64,000 nucleotides of DNA from NCBI GenBank assembly GCA_047495785.1, contig JBLDXI010000028.1, positions 1,860,001 through 1,924,000 on the forward strand. The letters run 5' to 3'. The stretch comes from Lepidodermella squamata. Its lineage: Eukaryota; Animalia; Gastrotricha. Below are positions 1 to 12,807 of this stretch, piece after piece (positions within the stretch are counted from its first letter, which is position 1; each line of letters opens with the position of its first letter). The notes below the pieces were generated by a model. It had not been told where the DNA came from. It did not search any database and saw only the letters and a list, made by a program, of their open reading frames with translations. The translations under genes and the position numbers were made by a program.

Positions 1-34
1 TAAAAGTGAAACCGCCTTTAATGCTGAATTTAAG

Positions 35-1828
35 ATTCAAGCGCCTCCATGACGTGCTCTCCGACACCGAAACACATAACCTTACCCCCGAGAACTATGT
101 GGGCGCTGTCATCACCACCACCAAGTTACTATGGATCACAAGCTGCTTACCTTCAATCCGCGACAGTAGTTTGCAAACCGGGATATTTGCCAGACGATTA
201 CAAATTGAACTGCTTCCACATTTGCGATCCTTTAAGTCCAAACTCCACCAGCGGAAATTGGCGACAGCTAAACTTCAAAATGCCGACTTGCAAGGGTTAG
301 TTAAATTTCCAAGTTTCCAATTTTCATGCACAGAATTTTCTTAGTTGCTGCATGTCCTGATCCGCCTTCGATAAAAAACGGCGTGGCTGTGAACTACACT
401 TCGTCTCCGAACTTCGGGTTTGGAGATAAAGTAACTTACAAATGTGAGACAGGGTATGTCTTAGCTGCAACCTCAAAGCCTGAAGCTAATTGCACCTTGG
501 ATACGAAATCCGGGTGGAGTTGGGCCGATACCATTCCGGAATGTATTCGTGAGTAGAATGACTTACATTACTTCCGATAATTGATAGGAATGTATATTAG
601 TTCCGCCTTGTCTGCCTGTTGAAAGTGGCAGTAATGTCATCGTCAACATATCAAGCAACGAAACTGGCGGAGTCGCTTCTTACTCGTGCTTACCGGGTTA
701 CGAACCTTCTAATGACAAAAAGCTGTTCACGAAAATTTGCCAAATTGACGGCTCATGGACTCCACGTGGCAAACCTATTTGTGAAAGTAAGTTCCTTCAT
801 AATAATATTCACCGACCACACGGCTGATTAATCTTCCCGCAGTTATTAAATGCCCTGCGCCTCCGTATGAGCCTAATACTTACATCGAGGGCGAGAAGCC
901 GAAAGGTGTTCAATACGTATTTGGGGATAAGATCACAGTTTACTGCTCAGCTGGAGCTACGAGTTTGTACACCGAGCCTGGCGATGATTCCGTACCCCTG
1001 GAGAAAATGGAGAAGGCATGCACAGAGTGGGGCACATGGACTACCCAGACCTTGAGTTGTTTACGTATGTTTGCCAAGAGCATTATTGGAATCACTAAAA
1101 ATTTAATTCTCCCAGTTGCTCAGTGTTCCACGCCTCCCAGCTTTGAATTATCGACATTACGCTCACTCAATAGTTCCTCAGAACTTGAAACTCTTCTTTA
1201 TGGGAATATCATTATATTCGAATGCGACTGGAACCAGGGTTTCGAACCTGCCCCGAATCAAACGAAAGTCAACGTTCAGTGGTTTTGCACCGCTAACGCT
1301 ACATGGGAGAAGGATACTATCAAATGCGTGCAAAGTTCGCTGTTGACAGCGCAAACTGTACGGCAAACAAAACAAGTCTACGAATCATCTACAGCCGTTG
1401 CAACTGGAACAACGGTTTTATCCATTCTGGCCTTCATTATTGGAATAGTCATTTGCCTGGACTACGTAACGCTCGCTCGAGACTTGAATCGACTGCGCCA
1501 TAATTTCAACCATTTCCTCAAGCGGATTCGGGATGCTAGTAGAGTCAAACGACTTCACGATCTACGGCAAGTTGTCAGAGGCCGGGTTGCGAAAGAAGAA
1601 TACCTGCGAAGGAAGAACGACATCAATGAAAAGCAGAAATTAGCAGCAGCTGGTTATGTTGTTGATGCAGGCGGAGAGCCCGCATTGGTTCCGAATCCTC
1701 TGGTGCGGGAAAATTCAGATGATCGTCCTGTCACATGTGTAAATTTGTCGAGGTCCCACCATGACGTTCATGTTGAAGGCGTCATGGAGCTTCCTGAAAA
1801 CCCAGAGCTGTTGAATCCTGTTGAATAA
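35..1828 (+). CDS. Multi-Sushi/CCP-domain single-pass membrane protein (5' part outside window); exons ~35-295, 345-548, 601-786, 843-1064, 1116-1828
   Basis: Five successive phase-1 exons each encode a C..C..C..W..C CCP module (e.g. CPDPPSIKNG...YKCETGY...W..PEC), separated by 49-56 nt GT-AG introns. A hydrophobic TM segment (TTVLSILAFIIGIVICL) is followed by a basic cytoplasmic tail. Confidence 0.85.
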
Positions 1829-4683
1829 AATTGATATTATTTAACACTCATTTTTCTAATTTATTGCCCATGAAATAGGAGCTTTTATAGGCTTTCGACC
1901 ACTTCTGCATCTTCAAGGTCAATCTCGGGTATCCTCTAGTGCCAGTGCTCCCGGAAGTGTTTATCCGTCAGGCTGCGTCCTCAATTAGTGGGAGCTGGTA
2001 TCAGGAAATTGAGAGCATTCACTTCTCACTTCGCATCAAAATGTCTAGATAGGTGCGAAAAGCGGCCTAGTTCGAGACTTTTGCGTGAAAAAATAAACTG
2101 GCCATTCGTTAAGACATCTGTTATCGCTCTTTATTAAGGCAAGGAAAAATGCGCATTTTTGAATGAAATCCGCCTCCAACTTGGTACTCAGTAGCCGTTA
2201 TTGTTGTTGTTGTGCGTTATCAAAAACCAAGGTCAGTTAGAAACGGGTTAAAAAGCATTATCGCAAAAATGTTTAGCTACCGGGCAATGTGACCAAAGGT
2301 CGAATGACCATGATTCATGGTCACTTTTTTCTTTCAGACAGCCGCCCCTGGCCTTTGGGCTTTTATCACAATAATGAAGCCGAGTTTTGCCGAAGATTAT
2401 AGAATTATTTATTTATTGTTTACTCAGCCGTTGAAATTTTTTATCATTAGGGACGCCGCAAAAGCGGGCTTATCGTCACGTTCGCTTTTTGTCTCACGGG
2501 CGACGGCGGTCAGGTAGACAGAAAATAATAGGTAATAATCAGCAGTAATTATCCGCTAGCGGCTATATTATTTTCTCGAATTATCTCGCGCGGTGGTCAC
2601 TTTGTAGCTTTTTATTACTCGAAAAAAGGTGTCCAGATATTTATTTTGCGCGTTGCAATTAACAATTTTCAGCTCCGCCCTAAATTGATAGCCCACGGTG
2701 TTTTTTAGGATCTAGCTCATCGCGTACCTATGAATGTTATTTTCTCCCATTTTACCACCATCGTTTCGCCTCTTTATTTTCGCCGGTTATTACGAGAAGC
2801 GTGTAATACGCGCCATTACCGCGCAGGAAAAGCGGCTTATTACGGTCGACTTGAGACATGCGCACTATGGCATGCACAGGCTACATCAATGGCGCGTTAA
2901 CTGCTGTTTTTTGCGGCCATGTGACCAGTAGTGCGCTGTGCGCAATATGCAACGGCTTATTCCTACTCGCTACAAGAAACTTGTTTGCTACCTGCTGCCT
3001 TTTTGACGACCTACGATGAGGGCATCTGGACGAGGCTTGCTTGTTTGATTTAACCAACCGGTACCTCAAGGAGTGATCGACTCCCTTAATTCTGAGGCTA
3101 CCAATTACTGATAACGAAGCCAAGGCTCTTGCTATTGTTATTTTACTTTGCTTAGATGAATTTTCAGCGTAGACCAAGCGGCGCATGATTAGTGAAATTG
3201 GGTAGGTTAAGCGAATCTACTATCTGTCAGACAAGTCAAAACAAGCCCAATCCATAAGTTCTGCACGTGTCATCGACCTGCCCTCGCTTAAATTTTGTGG
3301 CGAATTGATGCTTTCCCAAAAGTGGGACAGAATGACGGTTTTTTCGAAATTGCAACCACTTATCACCCACAATCGTTACAAGGGAAACATTTTGCCTTGG
3401 TCTGATTCTTTGTTGTATAGGAGTTCAGGAGGAATCATTCTTAATGCCCCTCTGATGGTTTCTGAATGATGTGAAAAAATTATGTTTTCTGGGATCTGGG
3501 CGAATCTTCGAAATTGCTCTGGCTAGGGGAGCGCTTTCTTTATAATTTATTAGTTGTATTTGTGACCACCCCTTTGTTCTAATAAAAGACATTACTTAAT
3601 GACCTTTGTTCAGGGTGAGTATCTTTCGATGAGGCCATAACTGAGCTGTTTATTTATGCTCCCTGCCTCATTTTTCCGGTATGTCAGCTTGCTGACCAGA
3701 CATATTCTTTCAGTCGCAAAAAAACTCCATTTTGCATTAACATTAATACCGCATAATACGTTATTCATTTGGCGAAAAATTACGCGCATACCTGGACAAA
3801 GGCGGTTTATTTACCGCGCGCAAAATAGCGACTGGTGCGCTGCTACTTTTGTTTTGTTTGCGTCTTCGGCCCGCCCAGACGTCCGACGAGCGCGCCCGTC
3901 TTTGTCCTGCGAGCGGTTATTAACAGCCCTACTCGTTGCCTCCTCGACGTATTTTTCCTGCAGCCGTGCGCGTGTTATTCCATCTGTGCTATTTCTAGTA
4001 TTTTTTGTTTTCGCAAAATGAACAGCTTCTGGTGTTCAACCGCGAGATCAAGTAGCACGCGGCTTCCGTTTTGCTAATTCTCCAGTAACTTTTGTAGCCG
4101 ATTACCGTGTAATAATTGCATTATTTTTGTGATATAACATCCGGTGTAAATATACATGGTATACATCAACAACATGATGCATGTTTTATTGCCCCTTTTT
4201 AAAACGCGCAAACAAACGCCTCGTCGCGCGCCTTTTTGCGTATGTATGATGTCTAAACGGAAACAGACCGACGTTTTATATGCTTAGGCACCTAGAAACC
4301 CACTGCCGTATTTTATCGGCGGGTTTCCTGCTCTCTTGTTTGTTGCCTCATCGAGCGCGTCACTTTGATAATTGCGCGGCTAATTCAACAACGCGCGCGC
4401 TTTTTCGCGATAACGTCATATTTGTGAGCGTATTTCTCGAGGTCAAGTTCTTGACCAGGGTGACACGTGACTCGGCCGACCGCATCTTGGCGTCTTCCCA
4501 CGCCGGAATTTTTCGAACACCTGCAGTTATCGCTAATCGATTAATTAGCTCGCTTGAACGCACATTCCTTACGTTTGTATTACGTGCTAAATAGGAATTT
4601 AACATTACAACCCAATTACCACGACATGACTTGAAGCGATGACAAGCCGCCCTGTTTCTTGTCACCGAGTTTTGGCTTCAAGG

Positions 4684-7600
4684 ATGCTCGGTTTCCGACT
4701 TCGACAACTTATATCCTCGTCATCGCCCTGCCTGCTTCTTCTCGTTGTCCTGTCATTTTTCACATTTTCGGCTAAAGCCGCACACAATTACGGTGATAGT
4801 GGAGAGGTAAATTTTTTCTTCTTTTCGAACACCTGAATATCATGTTTTCTTATTTCTGCAACGAATCTTTATCGAAGGTTCTGTAGTGTAGTGGTTATCA
4901 CGTCTCCTTCACACGGAGAAGGTCGCGAGTTCGAACCTCGCCAGAACCTTGCTTTTTACTGATCAATTAAATCAATCGAGGTTCCTAAATTCCGAAGTTC
5001 CTCATTTTTATTTTCGTCGTTCGTGACGCAATTTTTAAATCTAGCCAAAAACATATTAAGGTTCAAATGGCGAGGTTCAAACTCGCGTGAAGGAGGCGTG
5101 ACTACACTACAGAACCTTGGTTGGTACAAGGCTGATTTAAGTAATCAGCTGTGGGCAGTTTCGTTTTAAAAATCCTCCATCGTTGTTCTTTAGATTCTCG
5201 AACGAGTACCCGGTCGATGGACAGACTTTTCAGTGTGGTCGACTTGCAGCCGGCCATGCGGCGGAGGCTTGCAATTACGCACACGCCGATGCACCAACTC
5301 ATCACATGCGGCCGGCAGCCATCGCGGCCGATCAGCACCTACACACTCATCCACTAGTAGCCACACCTCTTACTGTTCCGGGCCCTACAAACAGTTTCGT
5401 ATATGTAACACCCAGACGTGTCCGAATGGAGATGTCGACCTTCGCCTAGAAGAGTGTTCCAAATACGACTCGCGCCCTTTCAACAACCGCCGCTATAAAT
5501 GGGTGCCGAAAGAAGGTACCGAGGACCGCTGTGAGCTTGTCTGCAAGGCGCACGGTTACGACTTCCACGCAAGATTGGCGCACAGGGTGCCTGACGGTGT
5601 GAGATGCGGTGCTGCCTCTAACCCTGCTCACTCGAACGGAGCGGTTTGCATTCGAGGAGAATGTCGAACTGTTGGCTGTGACGGTGTGATTGACAGTGGC
5701 GCAACTCGAGACGCCTGCGGGATATGCGGCGGTTCCGGTAAAACCTGCCAAACCTATTCCGGAATCTTCATGCGAACAGAGGTGGTCAATGATTTGTTAC
5801 ACGTCGTCACGATCCCGGCCAGCACTTCAAACCTGAACGTAACCGACTTGAAGCCGACAGTCAATTACTACGTCGTTCAAGACTCCGTTGGGCAGACGAT
5901 TTTGGATGGCAGTAGGCAGGTCGAACGCACACAAGAGTATCAAGGCCTCGGTACTAGCATGACTTACTACAAACCAGGAGGTGGCAGGTCTCAGGCTTTG
6001 ATTTTAAATGGCCGGCTCACTGAACCTCTTCGGCTGCTTATTTACTCAACCGAGGAAAACCCTGGTATCATCTATCAATATCTCAGGCCGACCGACGACC
6101 GCCCAGCGCCAAGTCTTCAAGTTGTCCCGTCGCAAAGCCAGAGTCTAGTCGGCGTGAATCAGGCTCGCCTGGATCAACAGCAGCAGCAAGCGCCTCAGCC
6201 AGCCGCAGTTCAATACGCGCCGGAAGGATACCAGAGCAGCCAGTACCAACTCGACGTCGCTTCGTCTGAAAATGGCTTTGGCTACCAGCAGGGGCGGGCT
6301 GTGGAATATTATTACCCAGTTGGAGCATCGGGCGTGCCCAGCCAAGGAGCTCAATCTAGGCCGGGAAGTCAACAGCACGTGGCCAGGCAGCACGGCCAAC
6401 ATCGAAGCCAGCAGCACCCGCCACCGTATGGTGCCTACCCTCAACAACAAATCCAACCTCAACCACCACCCTATGGGCAGGTCTATCAGCCTCAGCAGCA
6501 ACAGCCTGGGGCAGTAGGGCCTTACCTACCTCAGCAGCAACAAGCTCAAGAAAGTCGTCCAGTTCAATATGCTCCTTACCAGGGTTATCCGGTGCCTCAA
6601 AATTCTCAACTGGCGCCCCAACCCTACGGGCCACCTCGCAGTAGTGCTTACCAGCAACAGCCCTATCAACAACAGCCATATCAGCAGCAGCAGGCACCCT
6701 ATGCACCTGCCCAGCAGCCTCCACCTCAGCAGTATCAGCCCCCAGTCATCGCCCCTCGAGCAAGGGAGGAACATTTGGAAGACCTCGATGAATACGTATG
6801 GCGTAAAAGTGGCTTCACGGAATGCTCTAGAACATGCGCCGGGGGTGTTCAGGAATCGATTATTCTCTGCATCCAACGCAGAACAAAAGCTCAAGTTACT
6901 GACGAGAATTGCGATCCGAAGAAGAAGCCCCAGAGAGATGTGGCGCCTTGCAAAACACAACCTTGTGATAAACCAGAGTGGTTCGTGAAAACTAACTGGA
7001 GTGACTGCAGCGCCACGTGTGGACAAGGGAGACAGACCCGTGTTGTTGAATGCGTTCATAGGATAGGACCAACTCCCAAAGAATTTGTCTACGTTTCGGC
7101 TAGCCTCTGCGATGCAGCCAAAAAGGCGCCTAGTGTTCAGAATTGCAGAAGAAGAGGCTGCGGAGTGTGGAACTTGGGTCCTTGGGGAGAATGCAGCTCC
7201 AGGTGCGGTCGCGGATTCAAGTCACGCGATGTTCGCTGCGTCGATCAAGCCAATCGCCTACTTCCCGATTCAGAATGTGATGGACCCCGACCTCGAGATA
7301 AAGACTCGTGCCAAGGTGATTCCGCCAGTTGCTGGTTCTTCACTAAGTGGTCAGACTATGTTCGTTCTTTTTACTTTATTAACTTTCCCTTACATCAATT
7401 TTCTATTACAGTGTTCCTCGGACTGCGGACAAGGTGTGTACACTCGAAAGGTTCAGTGCCTTTCTGCTAACGACATGTCACCAGGCGAATGTGACAACAC
7501 TGAGCGCCCGAAAGAGTTTGCTCCTTGTGGAACAGAGGGCACTCAAACTTGCGGTGGAAAGTGGTTTTCTGGCCCATGGAGTAAATGCACTTCATCGTGT

Positions 7601-8125
7601 AGTGGCATGCGGCATCGCGAGGTCGTCTGTATGAAGCAGTACCAAAATACCTGGGTCGCGGTTACCGATCAATATTGCGTTGAGGGCGAAAAGCCTCGAG
7701 GCGTCGATAAATGCCCTGAAACTAAATGTGAGGCTGAATGGTATACTACCCGCTGGTCCAAGTGCTCCGTCACATGCGGAGCTGGCTATCAAACACGAGA
7801 AGTTCGTTGTCTTGATGCTAAAAGTGGCGAGGCAAGCGATAATTGTCCGGGTGATGAACGACCTGACGAACGGAGGGTTTGCGAGGAACCGAAATGCCCA
7901 GCTAAAGAATCAGCCACGGTTTGCGAAGATCGATTCAACAACTGTTATATTTTGGCCAAGAATCCTAAACTATGCGAGTATGCTTACTACAAAGACTCTT
8001 GCTGCAATACTTGCGCTTCAGCTGCGGCTTACGGTGCGTCACAACGTGCGCAAATCAATGCCACCGAACACCCCACAACAACCCCAACTCTCAAGTCATC
8101 CTCAGCTGAAGAAACTTTCCATTAA
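4684..8125 (+). CDS. ADAMTS-like secreted matrix protein (THSD4/ADAMTSL4/6, lonely-heart type); exons 4684-4806, 5194-7359, 7412-8125
   Basis: Signal peptide in exon 1, then TSP1 (WSTCSRPCGGG), an ADAMTS Cys-rich module (VGCDGVIDSGATRDACGICGG), a spacer, a Q/P/Y-rich insert, ~6 further TSP1 repeats and a C-terminal PLAC (CEDRFNNC...CCNTC). There is no metalloprotease domain. Confidence 0.88.
4877..4949 (+). tRNA. trnV-CAC: tRNA-Val (CAC), inside intron 1 of the ADAMTS-like gene
   Basis: Cloverleaf with acceptor GGTTCTG/CAGAACC, A-box TAGTGTAGTGG, anticodon arm TCTCC-TTCACAC-GGAGA and T arm GCGAG-TTCGAAC-CTCGC. A Pol III terminator TTTTT lies a few bases downstream. Confidence 0.95.
5058..5118 (-). 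pseudogene. Inverted, internally deleted copy of the adjacent tRNA-Val
   Basis: The reverse complement reads GGTTCTGTAGTGTAGT-CACGCCTCCTTCAC-GCGAGTTTGAACCTCGCCATTTGAACC, i.e. the tRNA missing GGTTAT (D-loop) and ACGGAGAAGGTC (3' anticodon strand/variable loop). Confidence 0.85.
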
Positions 8126-8615
8126 CTATGAAATACTTTCAATATTATATAACCTCCAAAGTTTCTGTTGAACAGCTTTAGCAATCATCCCTTCTTCCGA
8201 CTCAAGTCATACTATAGTATGAAAAATGGCATTGACCATGAAAGCGGTCATCTTGATAGTCTCTTCGACGTTGTGCCGCGTGTAAAGTCTAACGATTTCA
8301 GTTACCGAATATTTTGCTAACACTATTGTTGTTTCCTTACTCTTACTGTTTTAAACGTTGAAGTAAGTCTTTGTTCTAATTGTAAAAAAGTTTGTTGCTG
8401 CAGTTGCAAGTGTCATCAAATGAATGAACGAATTTTAATAAAATGGGTGTTGCTAAAACGCTCTTTAGTGCCTTTCAGGTGACAAACACAGCTTCTTTTC
8501 AAAACAATCGACGACTTTTTATTTTTGAAAATTAGGCATGTATTACAAACTCAAGTAGACGAAAATCTATAATTAAGAATCAAGATTTGCATTGTCTTAT
8601 ACGTCTTCATTTCTT

Positions 8616-9695
8616 TTAGTGCGTTCCTCCACGGCGCATGTTCTCTAGATTTTGGAAAGGAGGCATGAAAAAGACCCAGAGGCTGCAATCTTTCTCAGCT
8701 TTGTGAGTGTCGTAATAGTTGTTGCAGGCAATTTCGTATTCGTAGCCCAGTAGGGTGCTAAATATTTAGGGAAAATGAGGCTGAGTTGCATTGGTCTATT
8801 GGTAAATCAAGTTAGTCTCACCGAATCGAATAAGCTTCCTCGACAGATAAATTGCTGTTAGTTTTCCAATGAGTGATGATAGTCAAAGCATTCGCATGAA
8901 CAGGTTGGAACTCCATTTCCATACGCAGCTGAGGATTGGAGTGCTGCACCTTCCATTCTGCCAGTTGAGAAGCTCCTTTGCTAAGATAAACCAGTTGATG
9001 CCGAGATTTCCGGGCGCATTTTTGGAAAGTTATCACGTCAGAGCATAGGTAATACTGAAAAATATGACTTGAACACATATATAGTAAACGAGCAGCGAGA
9101 AACGTACATCAGTTCCTGCGAGTCGAAGATAAAACTTTTCACCATATCTTAACACTTCGCTAGGTCCGAGGCGATTGTCAGCCCTAAAATTTCCACAAAT
9201 TAATGGAACCATTTGGGAGAACGAGTTTGAGTCATCACCTTTCGACGGTGAACGAGTTTCGCGACGAAGGATCAACAACGCACGATCCCGTTATTTCTAC
9301 GTCTTCGCTGCCCGCAACTGGGGAGTCTTTGGGCGCGACCACAGATGGGTCGAAAGAAAAATTTGCCGACAACAGGCTACTCTTCCTTCCTCCTTTGGCA
9401 CATGGATCTGGGGCTCCGGGATTGAGCAAGCATAACGTTTCCCCAAATCGAATAAAGCCGTCAGCTGACGCTGTCAACTGTACAGGTTGGGTTGCCTGAG
9501 AGACAAAATCTCCCACGCGCTGCACAACCAATTCTCCACGCTGCTTTTTCTCTAAATAAATCCGCAGTTTGTCCTAAAACATTGAATGAGTTGCTAAAAG
9601 CACATGATAGTATAAGAACAAACCTCTTCGAGTGAAATGTCTTCAAACCAGTTGCCGACCCTGACACTTGGCCTATATGGTCTCACGTGTGCCAT
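8616..9695 (-). CDS. CFAP161: Cilia- and flagella-associated protein 161 (C15orf26) homolog, 4 exons
   Basis: The spliced N-terminus MAHVRPYRPSVRVGNWFEDISLEE|DKLRIYLEKKQRGELVVQR matches the CFAP161 motif VRxGNWxED. Later motifs are DGFIRFGETLCLLNP and LRYGEKFYLR, and the C-terminus is EYEIACNNYYDTHKAEKDCSLW. Confidence 0.88.
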
Positions 9696-10271
9696 ATTTG
9701 ATATGATCCTCAAATTTAAATCCTTAGGAACAGTCCTTGTAATAGTTGAATGATTGCGGCTAGAATAGTACTACCGCTGAATTTCGAAACATTGCACCAA
9801 GCAACAATGCAAATAGCCGTATCTAAGCGACTTTAAAAAAGTAAATTGCAGTAAACCGTTTTAAAGCGCATTTATTTTTACTTTGCAGTGACCAGTTTAT
9901 TTATGTGAAATTACGCCTAAGATTTGGCGCGCTATTTCTTCAGCAGGCTTATCTTTTCGGGAAACGAGCAGGCCGCTGAGGTTTTGGCCCCCTTTTTACG
10001 TGTTCGGATTTTTCTTGCGGCTGCATTTGTCCTCAGTTTCTCTCTGGTCCCACAGATGGTTCAGTTTGCGTTTTTGCTCAGGCTAGTGGCTTTGCGCTTA
10101 CTTGTTTGTCTGAACTCGAGATGTATGATGTATGTTGTACGCCTTTAGAGGATCTAAGCTTATACGGCATAGGCTTAAGCCTATACGGGATAAGCGATAT
10201 TTTAACTAAATTTACTTTGTGCGTTTATTCCACTGTAGAAATAGTCAAACTGACTTGCTTTTAGAGAGAAG

Positions 10272-11686
10272 ATGGCCGGATCAAGTATAACCTTCGCAGC
10301 TATTCTTTGCGTAGTTGCATACTGCGCAGATGCTCGAACTGTGAGTTAAGATTCAGATTCAGCTATGTATTTTCATTCAACACGGTTTCAATTATCTTCA
10401 TTTTTCAGATCAACGTAGTTCCGAATCCCGGCTGTGGAAACTGCACTGACAATCTGCAGTTGCTTCAAGTCACATCGACAGATGGTCACGATCAAATCGT
10501 TTACATGATTTCGTCTGTAGGAGCGCCCACGCTTCTGACTGCCGCTTTTAATTCGTCAACACCAGTGGAAGCCAAGGTCGATTTCGAATGCGTCCAGAAA
10601 ATGGATCAGAACTGCATTAAGTTTAATATCGATCCCGTTTTCACGTCAACATACGTCTTTTATAGAGTAAGCAACTTGTCAGTAATCTCTCAGTCTGTTA
10701 TTTTGCAATAATTTCTCAGCTTGTTGAATATGATGACGAAAAAGACACTCGTGACGTGCGCTCGTTTTCATACAAACCCGAATCTGTGAAGAACACTTAT
10801 TTGGCTGACACTAAATGGCTTCCTATCTCTGCTAAAGATTTCACTCGCGCCGGTATGACCCTGAATGTCACACAGCACCTCGACGATCAAGACCTGCTGA
10901 TGAAAAATGCTACTAATGCCTTTTTCTCGATTGATTTCAATATCATGAAAGAAGCCGGTCGAACGTCGGTTAATCCTAGTATTTCCCACGATGCCGCAGC
11001 CGGAATGTTCGACGTTCAGATGGTCAATTTCACAACGCATTTCAACAAATCTCGATTTGCGCTGGAATTTGTTATCGTTAGCGATGCTTTGCCCGACGCG
11101 AGTGATTTCTCATCTGTGGCCACGATTGACGATGAATACTCGCCTGGCGTGTTCCAAGTCGTGACATGGTTGATGAATGCTGATCCGAACTTCCCTCTAC
11201 CAAGCTCTTTTATGCACTACAAGCCAGTCAGTTATATGAATGTTGAGCGGACGCTTGAGAGGTATTTTTATCTAAGGTTTAATGTTTAGTTGTTAAATGA
11301 GATTTCTTTAAAGCATTGAACCGGCTCTGTTGAGCAAAGTGAGATTTTTCGATTACGCTGGTCTAGTCGCCTCCAAACAAGCTGGTTTGTCTCGTGCTTA
11401 TTACGGTGACGATACTCGCTATCGGAATGTGCAATCTGCGAACTTGACTATTGGAAGTTACCAGGACGGTTTCTACACAAACTTCAATTATTCGTCATTC
11501 ACGGCTGTATACAGCGTTGGACAGCCTGTCCTCGACTCGATGAGTGCCGAAGTTATTGCTGCTATATCTGTTGGTGTTGGTGTTCCGGCGGTTTTGATTG
11601 TCGTTGCCGTTATCGTTGTGGTAGCGCGTATGATTCGAAAGCGAAAGGAAGCAGCTGAATCCCAACTTCTGGTCAACGAGCAGTAG
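10272..11686 (+). CDS. GLMP: Glycosylated lysosomal membrane protein (NCU-G1 family), 4 exons
   Basis: Signal peptide MAGSSITFAAILCVVAYC, family motifs IDDEYSPGVF and YKPVSY, many N-glycosylation sites, a C-terminal TM helix and a short tail. Confidence 0.88.
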
Positions 11687-12807
11687 TGAAAACCACCCTA
11701 AAATTTTAACTGTTTTAACATTACATGTCATGTTTCTAATTAATGTGATTTAATGCTTCGAAAATTGCTGCGAAAAAATTATTCGTCTTTCCAGATTTAA
11801 TATTATATCAAGCTTTGAGAATTAATAGTATTAATGTATTATGAACGCCTTGAATAAAAAACACGATTTTCTGATATCCGATCCGCGTCGTTTTATTGTC
11901 GCTTTAATTCAGTCGCTGAATATCAAATTCAAACACACGCACGCATGGACAACTAAAGACGACGCACTGCTGATCTTTTTATTTAACGATATATTTATGC
12001 TTTGCAAATGAAGACACGTCTGCGACGACGTAGATGACCAAAAGAACACAGAAAAAATGTGTATTATTCAGTACGACCAAAGACAAGACAACACGAGACG
12101 ACAAGATTGGATGTTGAATGAACAATAGAAAAAAGCGTTTTCGTTTTTCACGTTGATTTTACTCAATCACTGCTAAACTCTACTAAATCCGAAGTAGTAA
12201 TAATATTAACAATAATAATATAACTTGCGGTTAATATTTTTACATAAGAATGAATGAAACACGCCGAAGATTTTCATAACACATCTTTTCGAGACTTCAG
12301 TTGCAGTTCACATCATTTATAAACCCAAATATATATTTATTCCAATATAGATAGATTTTATTCTCATCAATAGTAGTAATAATTGCCGATGATTAATAAT
12401 TAGTGTATTTACAACTGAAAAATTGATGCTCAAATATCAGTTTTCGGGCGAAATCTGATGATTTTTGCAAACCACTCAAAGTGGCGCTCGAAGCTCGCGA
12501 CATGCTACGAATACGATTATCACCGCACACAATACAATGATATCCTTTACGAAAGTGTGTTCGCTTTCGAACTCGATAAGCTTGGTTACAGTTTTATTCA
12601 AATTTACACGCCATTATCGATATTAAACGTAAATTTTATTAAGTGTAAAGAGCGTGACACGTGTGCTTCTATTAATTCCTGCTGTTGCTGTTGGATAAAG
12701 AGATATAGATAGAGACAAGATTTCTGTAGTGTAACGTGTGTGGTTAAAATGCAAGGTCATGATCCTCGGTTTCCATCCACCATCATGCAGCTGCTATTGC
12801 GGTATTT

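Noticed and set aside
1900-4600. Short ORFs in the CpG/CGCG-rich region upstream of the ADAMTS-like gene
   Set aside because: No domain signature or consistent exon chain; likely regulatory or UTR sequence.
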